Of a stretch of 64,000 nucleotides of DNA, positions 62,460-64,000 are shown piece after piece. Every line of letters begins with the position of its first letter. Position 1 is the first letter of the stretch. Origin of the DNA: Somniosus microcephalus (lineage: Eukaryota); contig CM126224.1 in assembly GCA_052327205.1 (NCBI GenBank), forward strand, positions 27,962,001-28,026,000, read 5' to 3'. Made by a program: the position numbers and the translations under genes. Below the pieces are notes generated by a model that did no database searches, was not told the origin of the DNA, and worked only from the letters and a program-made list of their open reading frames with translations.

Positions 62460-62679
62460 GTGAATGTCTCTAATAATTTCAATTGAAGAGCTGGCAATTT
62501 ATGATATTTACAGCTCTTGGAAGTGGAAGTGCAGTGGGTTTACACAGAAGCATGCTGAGGAGGAGAGAGAGGTTGAAAATTTTACTTGTCCAGATATTTA
62601 ACACACAATTTGAAAGATCATGCACTTTCAGCTATTATATTATACTACTACAGGTACTGCGAATCTATTGCATTCTTAC

Positions 62680-63065
62680 CGCCTCCAATTTTTCCGGTTA
62701 CCTCCTCAAAGCACTGACATACTGGGGTATGATTCCACAGGCATTAACCCTAGTCCACTAACTCACCCAAGTGCCTATTGTTGATGTGCCAGTCTTGGCG
62801 GTGAGTGTCAAAATGGGAATTCTGACACCTGAGCATGACCCTGTCCTCACCCAATATGCACTTTCTACCTGGAGCCACTGGATAGCAATCAAGACTGGGA
62901 GCCATGGCTGATTTTTCCCCTCCTAGGCCCAGGGATGCTGATGCCAGTTGTAGCCACCTCCTACTGAGTTCAACTAACTCAGCAAGAACTGGGATCAAAC
63001 ATGGGGTCTTTCCTGACCGGATGGCTCAATCCCACAATGGGCAGCACACTTACCCAACTGACAGC
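62680..63065 (-). mobile_element. Unclassified SINE-like repeat (longest copy in the window)
   Basis: Homologous to 5750-5955 and to 41905-42056 / 43296-43380. The head is weakly tRNA-like (tcagttgggt...gtttgatccc). Confidence 0.55.
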
Positions 63066-64000
63066 ATTGCGGGGGGGTGGGGCAGCAATCGTATTGTTAA
63101 AGGTGGACCAGAAATACACAACACGAAGAGATTTTGATGACTTGGTTGCAAATGCTTTTAAGGTCGAGCTATTTCCATGCACTCTATTGCCGAAAGAAGG
63201 ATCAGCTGGAAGAACGACAGATTTCCTCGTCAGTCGTCCAGTCCATCATCAGTTTGCCAAGACAGTCAATGTGAAGTCCATGACTGTTGAAATAACAATC
63301 TGAACCAGACTGAAGGGACACTCAGCAGTGCAGTCAGTATGTGATGGTTTTACAATTGAATCTCACGATCCAAACAGTATGCAAAAGAGCTTTGAGAAAT
63401 AAAATGTAGTTCACAGCAATGTATCTGTTGGCAGGAAATTCCTTTATTAGCACCAAATCTTCAAAGCAATTAGCTGCAAGAGGAACTTGATGAGTATCTG
63501 TTCATTCACCACGAGAGGAGATTTGCTCAATGTGTTAAACCGTAACTGTGTTCTTCATCAAACCGATTTACGATTTTGTTGCACATTGTGCACAAAGGAA
63601 ATTTTCCCTGAAGGAGACCAATTTGGAAACTTCCATGCTTTTCTAAGCTGGGGGAGTTGAAGACTCTGACACCAGTACTGTTACTCACATGACCACAAAC
63701 AAAGAGTGATCACGGTTTATACAGTTAAAAAAAATCTTAGTGTTTCCTTACAGTTTTAATCAGCCTTGAATTCCTCTTTAAATTCAGGCAATGTAGACCA
63801 GGGAAGGTACATTGCCTCTGTAGTCAGTCATTGCACACCTACTGAATAAACAACCCAGCATTAAATGATGCCCTGACTTTCCCCACTAAGCCCTCTGTGA
63901 CCAGATACCAGGCTAATCAAATGTGCATGGTGTCTTCAGTCATTATGGTAAGAAACAGAAGGGTCTATAATGTGGGACATTCCCTGTGGACCTGTAGCCC

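Noticed and set aside
63070-63660. Possible hAT/BED-finger transposase remnant (LCTMCNKIV on the minus strand)
   Set aside because: A single CxxC with no supporting motifs. Needs BLASTX.
61170-64000. Preceding NEK6 exon (...WKYFVQLCSA...HR)
   Set aside because: No match seen. It probably lies beyond the window end.

Overview
Vertebrate genomic DNA, most likely from a shark: it carries HER1/CR1-type LINEs, Deu-domain SINEs, Penelope, RTE and PIF/Harbinger elements. The window lies inside one minus-strand protein-kinase gene, NEK6 (NEK6/7 subfamily). Three coding exons with canonical splice sites and matching phases are visible (61062-61169, 31669-31763, 3202-3315), separated by introns of about 29 kb and 28 kb; the rest of the gene is outside the window or not recognisable. 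The introns hold many transposon fragments, several multi-level nests, a structurally complete but disabled 5.1-kb Mag-clade Gypsy element with 191-bp LTRs, and repeat-poor AT-rich stretches that look like conserved enhancers (NEK6 neighbours LHX2 in tetrapods). The best leads are: (1) a cryptic, frame-preserving 33-nt micro-exon on the antisense strand of the Gypsy leader, which would insert 11 aa into the NEK6 activation loop; (2) minimal hammerhead-ribozyme motifs in two Penelope copies, one intact and on the NEK6 pre-mRNA strand; (3) an isolated 112-bp hairpin in the repeat-poor zone. All three are hypotheses from sequence alone. I see no CRISPR array, prokaryotic system or new protein-coding gene. 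Family names come from recall, not from database searches, and repeat boundaries are approximate unless a TSD is given.
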